A stretch of 64,000 nt of DNA from Auanema rhodensis (Eukaryota > Animalia > Nematoda). The stretch spans positions 7,936,001-8,000,000 of the forward strand of contig OZ059894.1 of assembly GCA_964057225.1 (NCBI GenBank), in the 5' to 3' direction. The position numbers were made by a program, and so were the translations under genes. Below are positions 13,001 through 28,000 of the stretch, piece by piece; position 1 is the first letter of the stretch, and each line of letters starts with the position of its first letter. The notes under the pieces are model-generated. The model ran no database searches. It saw only the letters and a list, made by a program, of their open reading frames with translations, and was not told the origin of the DNA.

Positions 13001-16000
13001 TACCGGATAATCCACATTTATCAACCTGAGGGTCATCTAAAAGCTCAATAATCATTGGAACAGCACTTAGAAGACTGGATGGAAATAATGGTTGAGCCAC
13101 TGGTAAAATATGACGATTACCATGATGAGCTGTTTCAGATTCTGAAGATAATAATAAAATATTAAAAGTTATAAAGATATCGAACCTTCTTGTGGTTCAT
13201 TCTGATGATGAAACAATGCTGGCTCGTAAGCTGCAACTGATACAACAGCAGATCCTCGAAGGCGAAACTGTTGACGTTGTTCACATTGACGTTCCTCAGC
13301 ATCACGAACAGCTCGTTTAACCATTTCTTGTTTCTGTTTTCTTCTGGTTCGTGTCATGGTCATGATAGTTTGAGACTGAAAATGAAAAGTTTATAATGTA
13401 TATATGAATTGGTAAGTCTCACGGTTGCATGCTCTTCTTCTTTCAGAGATAACTCTTCAATTTTTGTTTTCGAGTGAGGCATCCAAGGAGGATCAACTAC
13501 AGGTAGTTGACTCTGACCGATTGGTGGCGATGGCAGTGTGAAGTCAATACCAGGCGGAGGAACTTTGAATGATGTTTGAGCTCCATCTTCCATTTTGAGC
13601 CAAACATGATAACGATTTCTCCATAATGCATAGAATCTGAAAATATTTATTTGAGAAAAAACCTAAGAAGTTTAAGATAACCTTTGTATTGCTGCTGTTC
13701 GTTCTGAAGCATTAGGTGATTTCAATGCATCTTTTACAATCCGTAAAGAATCTTCTGGTCTTCGTACACAAGCCAAGATGAACATTGAAGCAGCACTAGT
13801 AACAACATGTGGATCTTCGTTTAGTAAAAGCTTCCATGATACTTCAATCATCATCTTATATTGATCTGATGATAATAGAAGTGCGCTCTTTAATGCTGTC
13901 GATAATGGAGTATGTACAAGATTAAGGACCTTAAAGTTATATAATTATTATATTAATTATATAATTATAAGATATATATACCAAGCAATTTATATAATCA
14001 AGCATTGGCCTGTTCACATCAGTATCTTTCTCATCGACAATCTGATCAGATTGACGATCTTGCTCCATACTTGCTTTCTTAACCACATCTTCTTTTTCTT
14101 TTTCCTTTTCACGTTCACGTTCTTGCATCATTTTTTCCATCAGTAATGCCTGAATAAGGTATAAAATTAGTTTTAATCTAAGAGCAAGTGATGAGCCGAC
14201 TTTGATAGCTTTACTGGCACATTCTGTATTCTGTCCCACCATAGCTGATTCTCTTCTAGGAAGTACAGATGACTGCCGTGAGTGTACAGACTGAAGAAAA
14301 ACATAATAAGTTGATGTATATAAAGATTGAAAGCTAATTCTCTACAAGGTTTGCAGGTGTATAAGGTGAGCACATCAGCTAAAACTCATCAAAAAACACG
14401 TGATGATGTGAAAGCATAAATGAACTGTTAGGGAAATTTCAATATTTAAAAATAAAGCGGAAAAATTATTATTTTTCTTCAATTAGCTCAGAAGAAACGG
14501 AAATTGAAAATAGCGTTACACTCTAGCTAAAAACATTTCATATTGAAAAGAAAATGAAAAAAAACCGCATAACACAAGCAAAGTTCAACCGTTATAGATG
14601 GAAATTTGAAGGAAAAATAAAAGAAAAAGAGAAAAGAAATTGGTGTAAAGTATGTCTAAGGGTTTGATAAACACAGATTCTTAATTCTTTAAAAAAAGAA
14701 TTTTTATGAATTCTAGTTGTATGGATAAAGGAGGGAAAACTAGTCAGCCTGCTTACGTTAGGAGGCGGTTTCTTTGGTGCTTGCTGAGAATGCTGAAATG
14801 TTTTGTTTCTAAGATTTAAGAGAGATTCTCTTTAACCCATAAACCCTTTTCAAATTAAAATATAAACTATTCTCTTTTTAATGTAAAATTGAATTTAGAA
14901 TTTGTTCTGAAAAGTTATGTAAAATAGAAAGCAACGAACTCGACGCATGGCATTCTGTTCCGTTTGATAACGATCCATTAACAGTTTTCGCTTATCAACT
15001 CGTGTTTTGATTAACCTTAAAGTTTTTATTTATGATGTTCATATTTTATTTCAAACCTTTTCTGGCCATACAGAGTACCTAAAGCTTCAGTTACTCTATA
15101 GCATTGACGATGGACACGTTGGAAGCATCGTGAGCTACAGTATCCTTCATGCGTACAATTCAAATCAAATGAATTAGCCATCTTGATAACAACCTAAAAC
15201 AACATATTGCAACTTTTCATGACTTATTTTCAAATTTAATACCTTAATCCAAGGTAAATTATTTAACATATGCTGCTCATCATCATCCAAGTTGCTCTTT
15301 TGAACTGGTTGCTGACCATAGCCACTTCCATGTTGCGAACTTGGATGACTAGCCTATAATATAACATAAAATAATAATAATAATGCGTTCTTGAATTCAG
15401 TTGTAAATAAAACATACGTTCTCAGATGGTGATTGTAATGGAGCTTCGTCAGTAGCTTTCAAAGAATCGCGTGCAGCCAGTGGAATAACTGCAAATTCAA
15501 CTGTTTTATGAAAATTATAATAAATATGATAATGTTTCTAAGGGATAAAGTTGTTCTAGAAGGTTAGATAATCGAATATAACATGCTATGATGTACATAT
15601 ATACATAATAATGAGAAATCGAACACATCTACACACATATGAATGAAAAAACAGTTGAAACTTAAAGATGGTGCTAACGAATTTTCTGTTTTTCATATTG
15701 AACATTGAGTGCTGAGCAGGCTGTGCTGGGAAAAGATTTGTGATTGAGTTTGTGATGGAATACGAGGTATGTAAATGGTAAAAAAGGATTTCGGACACAA
15801 TAGGTTGTTGGAGTGAATAATCAGCATAATCAACTAGATAATCCAGAGTTATGCTATCACCTTCTTGAAAAAGCATTCCAGCTTGCAGCGTGGCGATTGC
15901 TGCTCGCAGGTTGAAAGGAGAACCGTCGGCACTGCCGGTGGCAGCTGGGCTTGGTGCCGGAGCACCAGGACCACCATCAGCCTGAGGCTTACGTTCTGTA

Positions 16001-19000
16001 GAGAAAGAAACAAAGATAATAAAACGATTAAGAATTAATGAGAGAGCAAGATAAGGAAAATGAATAGAGGAAAAAGAGTGGAAGAGATATTTTTCTAAAT
16101 AAAACCTAAAAGCATAACTAAAAGTTGGAACAAAAAGTGAGCAGAAAAAAACGCCAAGGACATGTTAGAAATTGTTTTTTGAAACTTTCTTGAAAATGTT
16201 TAAATGAGAAAACACTGATAAAGCTTACCATCACCTCGATCATCACCTTCTTCCAATGTGCTCTGAGGTTGTTTAGAAGCTTTACGCATTCTGAAGAACA
16301 AATAAAATAAAAATAAGTGATGCTAACTGAGCATATATGATTCTGAAACTTTAAAACATACCTAAAACTTCGTCTTTTATGGCTACTTTCTAAGGATGGT
16401 TGTGTGCCCATCGGAGAGCCACGTTTAAGGAGACGTTGTCGTCCAGCCGCAATTCGTCTTCCTTCAATAAACAAATACTTCAATGAAAATTAAATTGGAA
16501 AATTGGAAAAAAAACAATAGAAAAAAGGAAATAATCTTAAAAATTTGAATTCTTTTATGTAGAAGAAATCAAAATATGTCTGTATAAGGACAATAAGAGC
16601 CTCATAATCATTACGTTAATTCAAGCTAAAGCTCACGCGACACAATGTAAACAGAATGAAGCGAACACAGCAATGGGTTAGAACACTTTAAACACTCCAT
16701 TAAAAAAAAATCTTTAAAAGATAATATCATTCACTTTTTCGAAAACAAAAACTTTAAAAAAATCATTTAAATATGATTTTTTTAGCTTCAAAGTCAATGA
16801 TTTATCAATTAAAACAAGTATAATTAACTCAATAAATTTACTATTAAATATGATTAAAATATAATATTCAAAAAAAAATTTAAAAATGTTCATAACTTAT
16901 TCATAAATAACTTTTTTTTAATTTAAAAATTTAAAATTATAGAAGTAAAAATTATAAATAGAGACACAAATCATCGTCATGATAGTATCTAACCTGATTG
17001 ATGAGTCGTATCTGGAACGTATGTCGTTGATTTGGTAGATCCATGAGCTGAGCCAATAGATTCCTCATGTGTTGATTGACGTGAGAAGAGACGAGCACTG
17101 AGTGACGGTGGTCGAACTGCTGGGCACAAAACAATCAACATGATACAGAAGGCATGCTTAGCGTTTCAGATTCATTTTTCTGATATCAAAACAAGCCCCA
17201 ACGAATGGCTATGCAAACGAAACGTTTGAAGCAATCGATTACAAATCTTCAGAAGTAAAATCTGATAATCAGATTGGTTTAGAATCAGAAGCATTTTTAA
17301 AGCTAATCGTTAAATCGATGAAACGGCAAAATCTCGAGCACCAACCAGATCAGGCACAAAAAAAAAACAAAAAAAAAAGATTAGTTAAGCATGTTAGTCA
17401 GGCAAAAAAATGTAAAAAAAAACAAATATCTTGTACGAGTAAGCATGTAAATTAAAAAAAAAGCAGGTAATTTGTTTTTCTAAAGGGTGAGAATTAAAAA
17501 AAATTAAAAATTTTTAGATCTAATAACTATAAAAACTAAATAAAAAATTGTTTAAAAAAATTTAAAACTAAGATGAATTAATTAAAAATAATTGCTTTCA
17601 ACTATAACTATGTATAGTTTATACTATATACTTTTAATAAATTCATCCAAAATTTAAAAGCTTATTAACAAAAAAAAGTTTTCGATACAAATGAGAATGA
17701 GCAGCCAATATGTGTAAGAACAAGTTTTATCTTATCATAAAACTTGAGCTTATTGAGATCTTTGAAATTATTTTAATGAAAATTTACCTTTTTTGTCAAC
17801 GACAATCTCATCAATTGTATCTTTAGAGCCTCTTGGCGAATCTTCTTCAGCTGTTGATAAGCTGATTCTTCGTTCACGTTCATTCACTGTAACGAATTTA
17901 AACTTGAACAAAATGCTCATATTCTAAAAAACTTACAATGAATAGATGAATTCATATCAGCAATACTACTTATTGAGCCTTGAGCATTAAATGTATTTGA
18001 TAGAATAGACCAACGGCGATGAGATAATAGCTTATCCCAACCCGAAACTGCTTGCCCCTGAACATCCTGTCGATGAATTGATTTTTAAAAATTAAAAAAA
18101 CAATTACCTTATTATTCTTGGCTCGAGGAATTGTTCGGAATGTTTCTCTTAGAAATGCTGTAATTTCTTGTAAAAGTAGCATTGCTATCATCTGAAGACA
18201 TGGTGGACACTTTTCCCCAGCAATATCATTAACCAAAGCTACAAATAACTTTTAAATAAATAATTATATAGTTAATTACCATCATCAAAATAATCTTCCA
18301 TTGAATCATACATTTTTAATTCTTTCTTATCTCGATTTTCAATATTCTCTAGTTCTTTTGATAATTGTTCACCAACCTAAAAATTATTTGTTAACCATAT
18401 CATATAAATTACTACTCACATGTAATGCCCATTGATAAAAGTATCGCCCAGCAGATCGCTGTAATGAGTGCATACGACGAGTTGCTGAAGGTGTTCCTCG
18501 ATTGGCTAGTGGACCTCCTAACGACATGGTACGATGATGTCCTGATCGAATCCATTCTGGCCATTGACCCCGATTACATCTGGACACGAAATGACAACAT
18601 TCTAACAAAAGACTGGCTCGAGCTAATACTGGTGATTTCTGAAATATTTCGAGATTTAGTTACAAAATAATATGAAAAATGATGCATACTAGATGAAGTA
18701 GAGCTGCAATAAGAGGTGGATCCGGAAAAGTCCCAGGTCTTGCTGTTTCCAATAAAAATGCAAATCGACGTGCTCCTTCTAATATTCCTTTTACACTCAA
18801 CATTACTGGAGCTGGTATCATCACTCCCCATAAGCACATATTGCCTTTTGCTGAAAACAATCACTAGTTAAATGCGTCTATATACTGGTTTTCTTCTATC
18901 TCTACCACCCTTCTCTTTGTTGACAATGGATACTATGCAGTACGCTGAGCGCGCCAACATGTTACGAGTAAGACAGGCTAGCAATGTAGGCGAGATGGCC

Positions 19001-22000
19001 GAGCGGTCTAAGGCGCTGGTTTTAGGCACCAGTCTCCTCGGAGGCGTGGGTTCGAATCCCACTCTCGTCAGCTGTTTTGCATTTTTTGATTTGGGGTTTA
19101 AGATATTGTTATAACATTATTATACATAATTCCAATATTTTGATATCAATTCATGTAGTTCTTACCATCGATTGGTCCTTTTATCTGTTGTTTTCTGAAT
19201 GATTCTCTGTTCACACGTTTCGAAAAATCTATTTCCTAAAAAATAAAAAACTTTTAATTTATTATATATAATTTTGTACCGTGCAGTCATCTGCAGCTTC
19301 AGAATCCGAAAAATCGTCGTCTGCATTATCAGCTTTTGTTGTTTTGAGCAAATTAAAGGCTAGAATGATTTGTAGACATTTTAGTTCTTTTCATCCGAAG
19401 CTTACCAAAGTGTAGTTTTGGAGCACTTTTCTTTTTGAGAGCTGAAGGTGGAACTAAAGGAGATACAGAATCATCCATTGAAGATACTGTTCGTGGAGTA
19501 GATGGAGAAGAATCAGCATCAGAATCATCCTGTCCACTCTACAATACATAAATCATTAACAATGAATATCAAGTATTTCGTGTTATATATTGTAAGTTTT
19601 GTCCGAAGCAACTTTCTTCAGACTTTAAACATCAATCGCTAGATAAAACATTATTTTTGGAAACGCTATCGGCCCATGTAGTATAGTGGTTAGTACCCCA
19701 CGTTGTGGCCGTGGTGACACAGGTTCGATTCCTGTCATGGGCAATTCTTTTCCCAATTGACACATTTCTTTTAATTTTTTCTTAAATTAAATAAGAGATC
19801 GCTCACCCTCTCCTTTTTTTTGAATAATCCCCTTCTTAAGCTGGCTTCTCCTTTATAAGTTGGAGGAGCTAAACCAGATGGACTACTCTTTCCACTATAT
19901 TCATCTTTTCGTGTTATTTCCGCACTATAATAGCTAATATCAGTAATTTGTGAAATCTATTTAAACCTTTCAACAATTGGATTCTTGTCAATAGCATCAA
20001 GCAACGCAGATAGGCCAACTCTTCGAAATGGGTTACCATGTTGTTCTTGCACATAGTTAACCAGCATTCGTATATCTTGTAATAAGCTCTGGAAAAAGAC
20101 TTATCGTATTAGATGTAAGTTTTATATGTGTGATACCATGTTTTCGGGCTGTTCTAACTGTTCAGATATATCTGATAACTTTGTTGTGAGATTTTTAAAA
20201 GTTGCGGAAACCATTCGACCTTCGATGCCCTTGTCTCGTTCATTGAATCGATTACGATAAGATGGTAAGCATTCAGATGATCTTCGCGTTTCTTGAGCTG
20301 AAAAGAAAATTGAAAGAGGTTCATGTACAATTATATCTTACGAGGAAATTCTGATCGGCAAAATGCTGTAATTGAATGAAGTAAATCTAAAACTTGTTGA
20401 CAAGAGTTTTCTTCTACATATGACATGATGATACGCTTGAACTTTTCCTACAAATTATAATACAAATGTAAATAACTCTATTCATTTGATGAACCTGTTC
20501 TAATTTTTCCAAACTAGCAAGAACCGTCTTAGCTTTAACCCGTAAAAAATCGCCTTGTTGGCTTTTGACACCGTCGTTACACCCGTGTGGACAACCAAGT
20601 GAGAGATAAATTCTATAAAAAATAAAATATTATTAATGAATATAGAAAAAAGTTTGAAATTACCTGAATACCATATGTGTTAATTGAGTAAAAAATGTTT
20701 CTGTTTGGTCAGCTTGCGTTCGAATAAGTGTATCGGCTATATTTAATGCTAATTCACAATGTCGAACAACAAAAGAACGTTCCATAACCTATATATAACT
20801 ATAATATATTTTATTCAATTATAGATTTTACCTGATTAATAGTTTGAACAATTACAGTCAAGCTAATTTGACCGTTTTTCTCAATAAAGTTTGAACTTCC
20901 TAATGCTTCAGGATAATATTGAGCTTTCATTAGATTTGGTGTTGGTAGTGGTTTCTCCTTATCCAGAGATTTTGAAGAGATATTACTTATTGAACCACTA
21001 TCATCCCGAATAGAAAGACCTTCTACTGAATTGTTAAGAGATGGATCACTTCTGAAAAAGAACAAAAAAGTATGAAACGATGAAAACATGAAAATTTACC
21101 TGTTTCGTTCTCGTTTTTGTAAAGCATTTAAACTAGATCTTCTCACTTGATTTCCATAAACGGGTGCTAATGCGTTATCACTAGATTTTCTTCTGAATAT
21201 TTAAATATTTATAATAATTATTTAAAATATAAATTATTATATTTAATTTAGTAAAGCTATTAATTCCTACCTTCCTTCCGTAAAAGCAACTTTTAATCGT
21301 GAACGATCATCTTCCTGTTTTAACTGGAAATCATCCCACGTTGGATTCTGATATTCAATATCAATCTGAAAAAAAATATATAGTTATATATAAGTAAAAG
21401 ATAATTTATTCCATACTCCTATCGACGGCTTCTTTTCTCCACTAGGTAATGAGTTACTTCGATTCCTAGGACTATTTTTAGAGACATGTGCTTGAATCTC
21501 TTCTAGACGATTTAAAAGATATTTCAACCCCCAATACACTCCTGGCTCGCTCCAATGAGTTACTAGCAATGCTCTTATAACAGCAACATCAAAGAAGGTT
21601 GCAGTCTGAAAACACAAGCCAAGTTAGTTACAATTCGAATTGAAGATTCATGTTCTTATACCATTGGGTCATATGATGATATTTCTTCAATTTCATCTTC
21701 AGTTCCTTCACCACTCCGTTGACGAAATGCTTAAAAGATATTATAAATGAAGATTATAAGAAATGTGAATACTCACGTTCAACACGTTTAGTATCCGAAG
21801 TCTTAGCGACTGGTGCTGGAGCTGGTTTAGCATACGGAACAGGTACAACAGTCTGTTGACTGCTAGTTGAGTTCGTTTCATCCATAGTAGAAGCTAAAAA
21901 TATAACAAACTTACAAAGACTGTAATTACATTGACACAATGAACCTCTTGTCAGAACTAATGGTGGAGCTTCATTGGCAATGATTCGCAAATTGGATTTC

Positions 22001-25000
22001 GTCTTGCATTCACACACTCCAACGACAGTTTTACTTCGATATACTACATTACCACAATTATCACATACAACCTAAAAGATATTACAAAGATATTCACAAA
22101 ATAAATAAAAATATAATATTACTTGACAAGTTGAATCTCTGCTATCTCCTGGTTCTACAGAAATTCCACTACATATATCATTTAATTGAACTAAAGGAGC
22201 ATCATCGGAACAAAAGACGCCGGACATTGAGTGATCTTCTACAAAACGTAATGCAGCTTCCATCTCATCCATCATCTTCAATGATGTTTCCGAAGCTAAA
22301 AACACGCAAAAAACATTTTTGGCATTAAAACTAAAGATGGAAACAAGCAGAACAAACTTGAAAAACATTCACATTTGTCAGAATAATGAATAATAATTAG
22401 AATAAGACAAAAAACTAACTTGGAGAGATATCGAAAGCATTAGTTGTATTGCTTTTACATATTCGATGTCTTGTCTCTTGTGCTAACTCATTTGCCTGTA
22501 TAAGAAATAATAGTTAAGAGAGAATCTCCATATTTCATTAAACCTTATATTCACTAACACTTCTAACAATTGAGGTAACGGGTAGTTTTGAGCTAATTCC
22601 TACATCTATGAGTAAAGCTTGTGGAGGCTCTGGCGGTCGTGGCGGTGGAGCAATATGCTGCCTAAATATATGAACATGATTAGCATAATATTCTACTTAT
22701 AACATACTGTGCTTGCATTTTTTGTTCTTGCAATTCTTTTTGCTTCTGTAGCTCCCGTTTTCTCTTTTCGCTGAGTACTCGTTCATCACTTCTTGGAGGT
22801 TTTGGTGGTGGAACAATAGACGGCCTACGAGTCCTAGTTTCTTCTTCGCCTATAAACAAGAAAATAAATAAATTTATATTTATTTGAATAGTTTACCCAA
22901 ATATACTCCTTGATTCTGTTGCTTTGTAGTACTACTTTGCCATCGATTGAACTGAACAACCGGAAGCTCATCTTTTCGTTGTTTTACGGGAGCACAAAAA
23001 CACCAAACTTCTGGAGCACGATGCTGTAAACGAAGAAATATTATGAAAATAATAGAATTATTAAATATAATGAATGATATAGCAACAACCAGTCTTAATG
23101 GAAATAAATTGGAAAAGCATTTTTAATATTTACGTGAAAGCCACGTAAACATTAGCATAGAAAGGTTGTGAGTAAACAAAGAAATCAAAATTAGCATAGC
23201 GTCCATGCCTATGACAATACTTCAAGTAGATCATAATATCAAGCCATCTTAAGAGAGACAAAAACTTGAGAAAGAGAGGTGAGAGAGAGAGAGAGAGAGA
23301 AAGAGAAAGAGTTAAAACTATGCTTATATCATAACAACTGTATAACTAACCTGCCATAACGCTTGCCAAATTTTAAGACCACTTTCTAATCGTATATTAG
23401 ATGATATGTCTTCTTCTTTAATTTCATCACATAATGGAGTTATTAAGTATACAAATAATTGGATAGATGATAATGAAAATAAACCCTGATTTCTTGGTGA
23501 AGTAGATTCTTCTTCCTTAATATATTATAATAATAAAATATAAGTAACTTATAGCTAGTGAACAACTTACGTCTTCACCTGAATTTTCTGAGCATTCTGA
23601 AGCAGCATCTAATAGCATCCAATGTAAAATATATAAAATTTTCTGTAGTGATGTGGGCATGCCCTTCTGGCCAAGATTTGCATCCAAAAGTGATCCACAG
23701 CACTGAAATATAAGTAATATTATAGAACTTTATTAAGTAATTTCACCTGTATCACATGAGGTAGAGCTGCTCGTACAAGCTTCCATCGACTGACGCTAGC
23801 CAAGGCATCAGATAGAGATGGTGAAAGACCATGAAGTATATTCTGTACAACTACTCGCTCAAATGTCTGAAATATTTTTAGATAAAGAAAATCTTTTTTT
23901 CTTCAATTTTTTGATATCCCTACTGAAAAAAAATTCTTTGAAAAAGAAATTAGTTTGTGAAAAATTTCATCGTTTTTTGTGTTTCATAGATTGTCAGAAG
24001 ATATTCCTACTTATCACACACGCTTTTTTCATTTTAGATGACCACAACCATGATCAAATTTGTCTTTCTACATGGATTATATGCTGTTCTCAAGTTTTCT
24101 CTATGTATAATCCTTCAAACAATCATTGTTGCTCGCTTTTTTGGAACGGAGAAGTAGCTGCAGTCCCCATTCGGAATGTTGGTCTGTTCATCCGTGGCTC
24201 ATCTGTTTCACTTCTTTCACTGACTCTCCTAGTCCCACATCTTTGTTGCCTTTTTCTCTCTTTCACTCTCTGATATTCTCGTTTTCTTTCAATTTCTGTG
24301 CTACTCTATACCCTCCCCCACATTTTATTATTGGCTCTGATGTCGTTTTCGTCTTTTCGTCTTCTCTTTCCAATATGATGGTCCTCATCCATGTCCCCAG
24401 AGGCTCTTCTAGTTCAACGACAAGAGGAACCGGCATACCACTTCAGCATCGAAATTTATACACATAGAAAATGGTCTAAAAGCTGCTGATTTTTCTTCTA
24501 CTTGTATGCTTTCTTCCCCTGAGTCTGGCACTCATATGTCGAAAGAATTGCAGACGAACATGCTGGCAAGAAACAAAATGAAACAAATAGCTTTATGACG
24601 ACGTTTGAATTACACAGAACCAGCCACTTCTATGGCTATCAAGTGTGACTAACTATGTTGAAGTAAAAACACATCATCACCTCCCTCCATTTTTCGATGT
24701 CGCTATTTGACGTCAAAGTACGGGTTCATGGCATTCATCAACGACTGATGAACTGAAGCTATGGTTTCTGGCGAAGAGTGTGCCAACGTCGGGATGAAGT
24801 CAATTTCCGCTGCCGACCTTTCTGTCCGGAAATGTGGTCTGTGAGGATTGTATGAATTTGAGAGTCAGCAAGCTGTCAAGATTCAAATATGTTTCATCTT
24901 CTCAACAATCTGCATACGAAGTGAGAATGGGATGAGTCCTCTAGACGCTTAACCGATCAAACTTTGCACATTTCGATAGTATCAATGAAAGTGTCAGCTG

Positions 25001-28000
25001 CTTAAGTTGACAAAGTAATTGCAATATTGAGTTTCTTTAAGAATTAAAAGTTATTTTGAATGAATCATCAAGTTTTCTTTTCATCATACTTCATAGGAAA
25101 TTTCATTGAAGATAGTGCAAATCAAAGAGTTTTCTGTGAGATGGTATTGATGTTACAACTCCATTGTTGTTCTTTTCCTTCGATACAATTTAAATATTAG
25201 GAAAATAGTGAAATTCCCCTCTTTCATCTCTTATGAGATGATCAAAACTTGCATGTAAAGTTTGAGTTAACTCAACAACATGAATAGAGGGAAAAGACAT
25301 TGCCTGAAGCTCTGGTTCACATGAAATTCGAATGCAAATCTCAGCTTCCGGCCAAGCTGTCGCAAAAAGATGATGGACAAAAGCTGAGTGGGATAGAAAC
25401 CGATGTGTGGCGACAACCGAATTCGGTAAGTTTTATTCCCTCTGCTCCAGCTTTTCTCGTCTATTTCTCTTGTCGTTGTATCTGCGATTCAACTTCCCCC
25501 CTCTCAAAGTTTCATTATATATCATCTTTTCAATTATATTCTGACACCATATAACTTGAAGCAAAAGAGAATAAAGAATAAAGAGAGAAAGCTAAAAATC
25601 CGAAATCTTAAGTACGATGCCACAAGTAGCAAATGCAGCTGTTGAAGACGTGGTAGATGAAGCATAAGAATTTGCAATGGATAGACGAATGTGTTGAAAG
25701 ATGCATTGTTTGCGAGTAAGAGGAATATCCCGTTTTACCTCGCCATTGGCTTCTGCCATCTTCCGTATTTCATCTTTCTTTATCGGATAAAAAGGGCAGA
25801 AAGATGATGTCTAATGAGATAAAGTTTCCGGCAGAAATAGCTTTAAATTCCCTTTTTTAATCGGAGCATAAGGTTCAGCTGTCGTTCACGATGCTAATAG
25901 TCAAAGTTTCTGCTTTTTCTCTCTCTTTTAGCTTTGCTCTTTCTCTTCCTCTTCCTCTTTTCTTTTCTTGTTTTCTCTTTTTCTCTATAAATCCCTTGCT
26001 CTCATTATCTTTTCCTGACTTTTTAGGAACAGAAAAACCACAAATTAAATGAATGAATTTGCTGATTTCATGCTAATTATATACTATATTTAATATGCAA
26101 GCACCTATTACGTGATTTTGAGTGAAAGTTAGCTTAATGATTGAAGTAAATTGATGTCTGACGATGGAAAATTATCATTGAATGGAGACTGAACTAAGAT
26201 GAAAATGTCATCGTTCATTCACATATGAAGCTAATTTCAAACTTGTTCAAGTTGATCATCATCATAATTTAGTAGCTTAATACCAAATCTAAAGAATATT
26301 GTAATATTCTTTTTGCAAACTACACTACAAGCAGCAAAAATTCCAATTTAGGTTCTTCTGTCTGACACATCTCTCACACTGCTCAATTATTCATGCGACT
26401 CCGCTTGAATTTGCCCAAGGCACAAAGCGAAAATTAGACGAACGAAAGCTCTCAGCAGCTTCACTTATTTCGTTTTTCCTTTCGCCTATCCCTCCCTCCT
26501 TCACTATATCTCCACCCTTCATCCTTTATCCTTTTTTCTTATTTTTCCCTCTTTCCCTACCTCTCTCTCTCTCCTCTCTCTCTTCTGTCCTTCTACTGCT
26601 ACTACAACTTTTTCTTTTTAACTAGTTTCCTCTTTCTCATTCTTTCGATCTCCACCTTTTTCCTACCCTATCACCAACTTTGTTTAGTTTTATTGAGATG
26701 AGAGAGAGAGAAAGAAAAAAAGATAGAGAATAAAAGAATATGGCAAAAACAACAACAACAACAAGCAAAAAATAATAGATGGAAAGGCCAACTTCATTGA
26801 AATAACAAAAAACGAGCTAGAGGCCACGATATCTAACACGCAGACAGCTTTGTTCCAGCCATTTTTTAGCATCTCTCCAATTCATCTGGATCTACTGATC
26901 TTTTCTCCCATAACCCAATTTGGTCCACTACAACAGCACGGGAAAACAAATAAGTAAAGGTTATGGTAATATTTCTTGTATATTCAATTCATTCATCTCA
27001 ATTACAAGAAAAACTTAAAGAAATTATGATTATATAGCAATTGAAACATACATAACTTCGATGTAAATCTTCACCAATGAATGAGATCTGTGATGCCAAA
27101 AGTTGTTGGATGAAAAAAAAACAGAAAAGAGCGTCATTAGTCTAATGGAAATAGCTCTGAGACATCAATTTAAAATTGAAAATTATATTGAGTTTTATCT
27201 ATGAAATTACGTCTAATGGCTTTATCTGATATATATAAAATTGGAATTAAACAAATAATACTGTTTTCTATATTTAATCAAAATTTTTAAAAAAAACGTT
27301 AGGAAGTAGTGTATGATTTAAGCTTGAGTTATAACTTCCTTCTTCTTCTTTTTTTTGATTTAACCATGTTTTTCTTTTTCACTCTCTCTCTCTCTCTGTG
27401 TCTCCTTTTCTCTTTCTTTGTCTTTATTTTTCTCGCAAAAACGAGAACATTTTGAAAGTTTTAACCTTTATTAACAACTTTTTCAGGTGGTGAAAGTCAA
27501 GATTTTGGTCTTGCATGGAAAAAATGAAACATAAAGTTTTAATTATTTTTCATATTTGTTGTGTCATATTGTTTTATTTTATATAAACATAATATCTATA
27601 GAATAAGCATTATGACTCCCTCCCTCTTAAGCTTATGACTCCCTCTCATTCTTTCAAACTAAACTACGAATATCTTCTATAGAGAATTCGTGAAAACAAT
27701 CAAAGAAAAACGATGAAAAAAAAGGACACAAATAATTATAAAATGAAAAGAAAAGAAAGGAAAAGGAAAGAAAAAAAGAATATAAACGTACAACACAAGA
27801 TGCCTCATGCAGCTTTCCTATCTTGGCTCCGAGAAAAGGGCTGAAATAGATGAAAAACATTAAATATTATAAGTATATAAGTATAAAATTATATTTTAAT
27901 ATAATAATATGTATATTATTCAAAATATAGTTGTTTTAATTCATATTATAACATATCATTACTAGATTATATACACTGTACTGACAATCAAATTATAAAA

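Noticed and set aside
23818-24467. 151 aa and 113 aa plus-strand ORFs antisense to unc-80
   Set aside because: Compositionally biased, with no homology cues.
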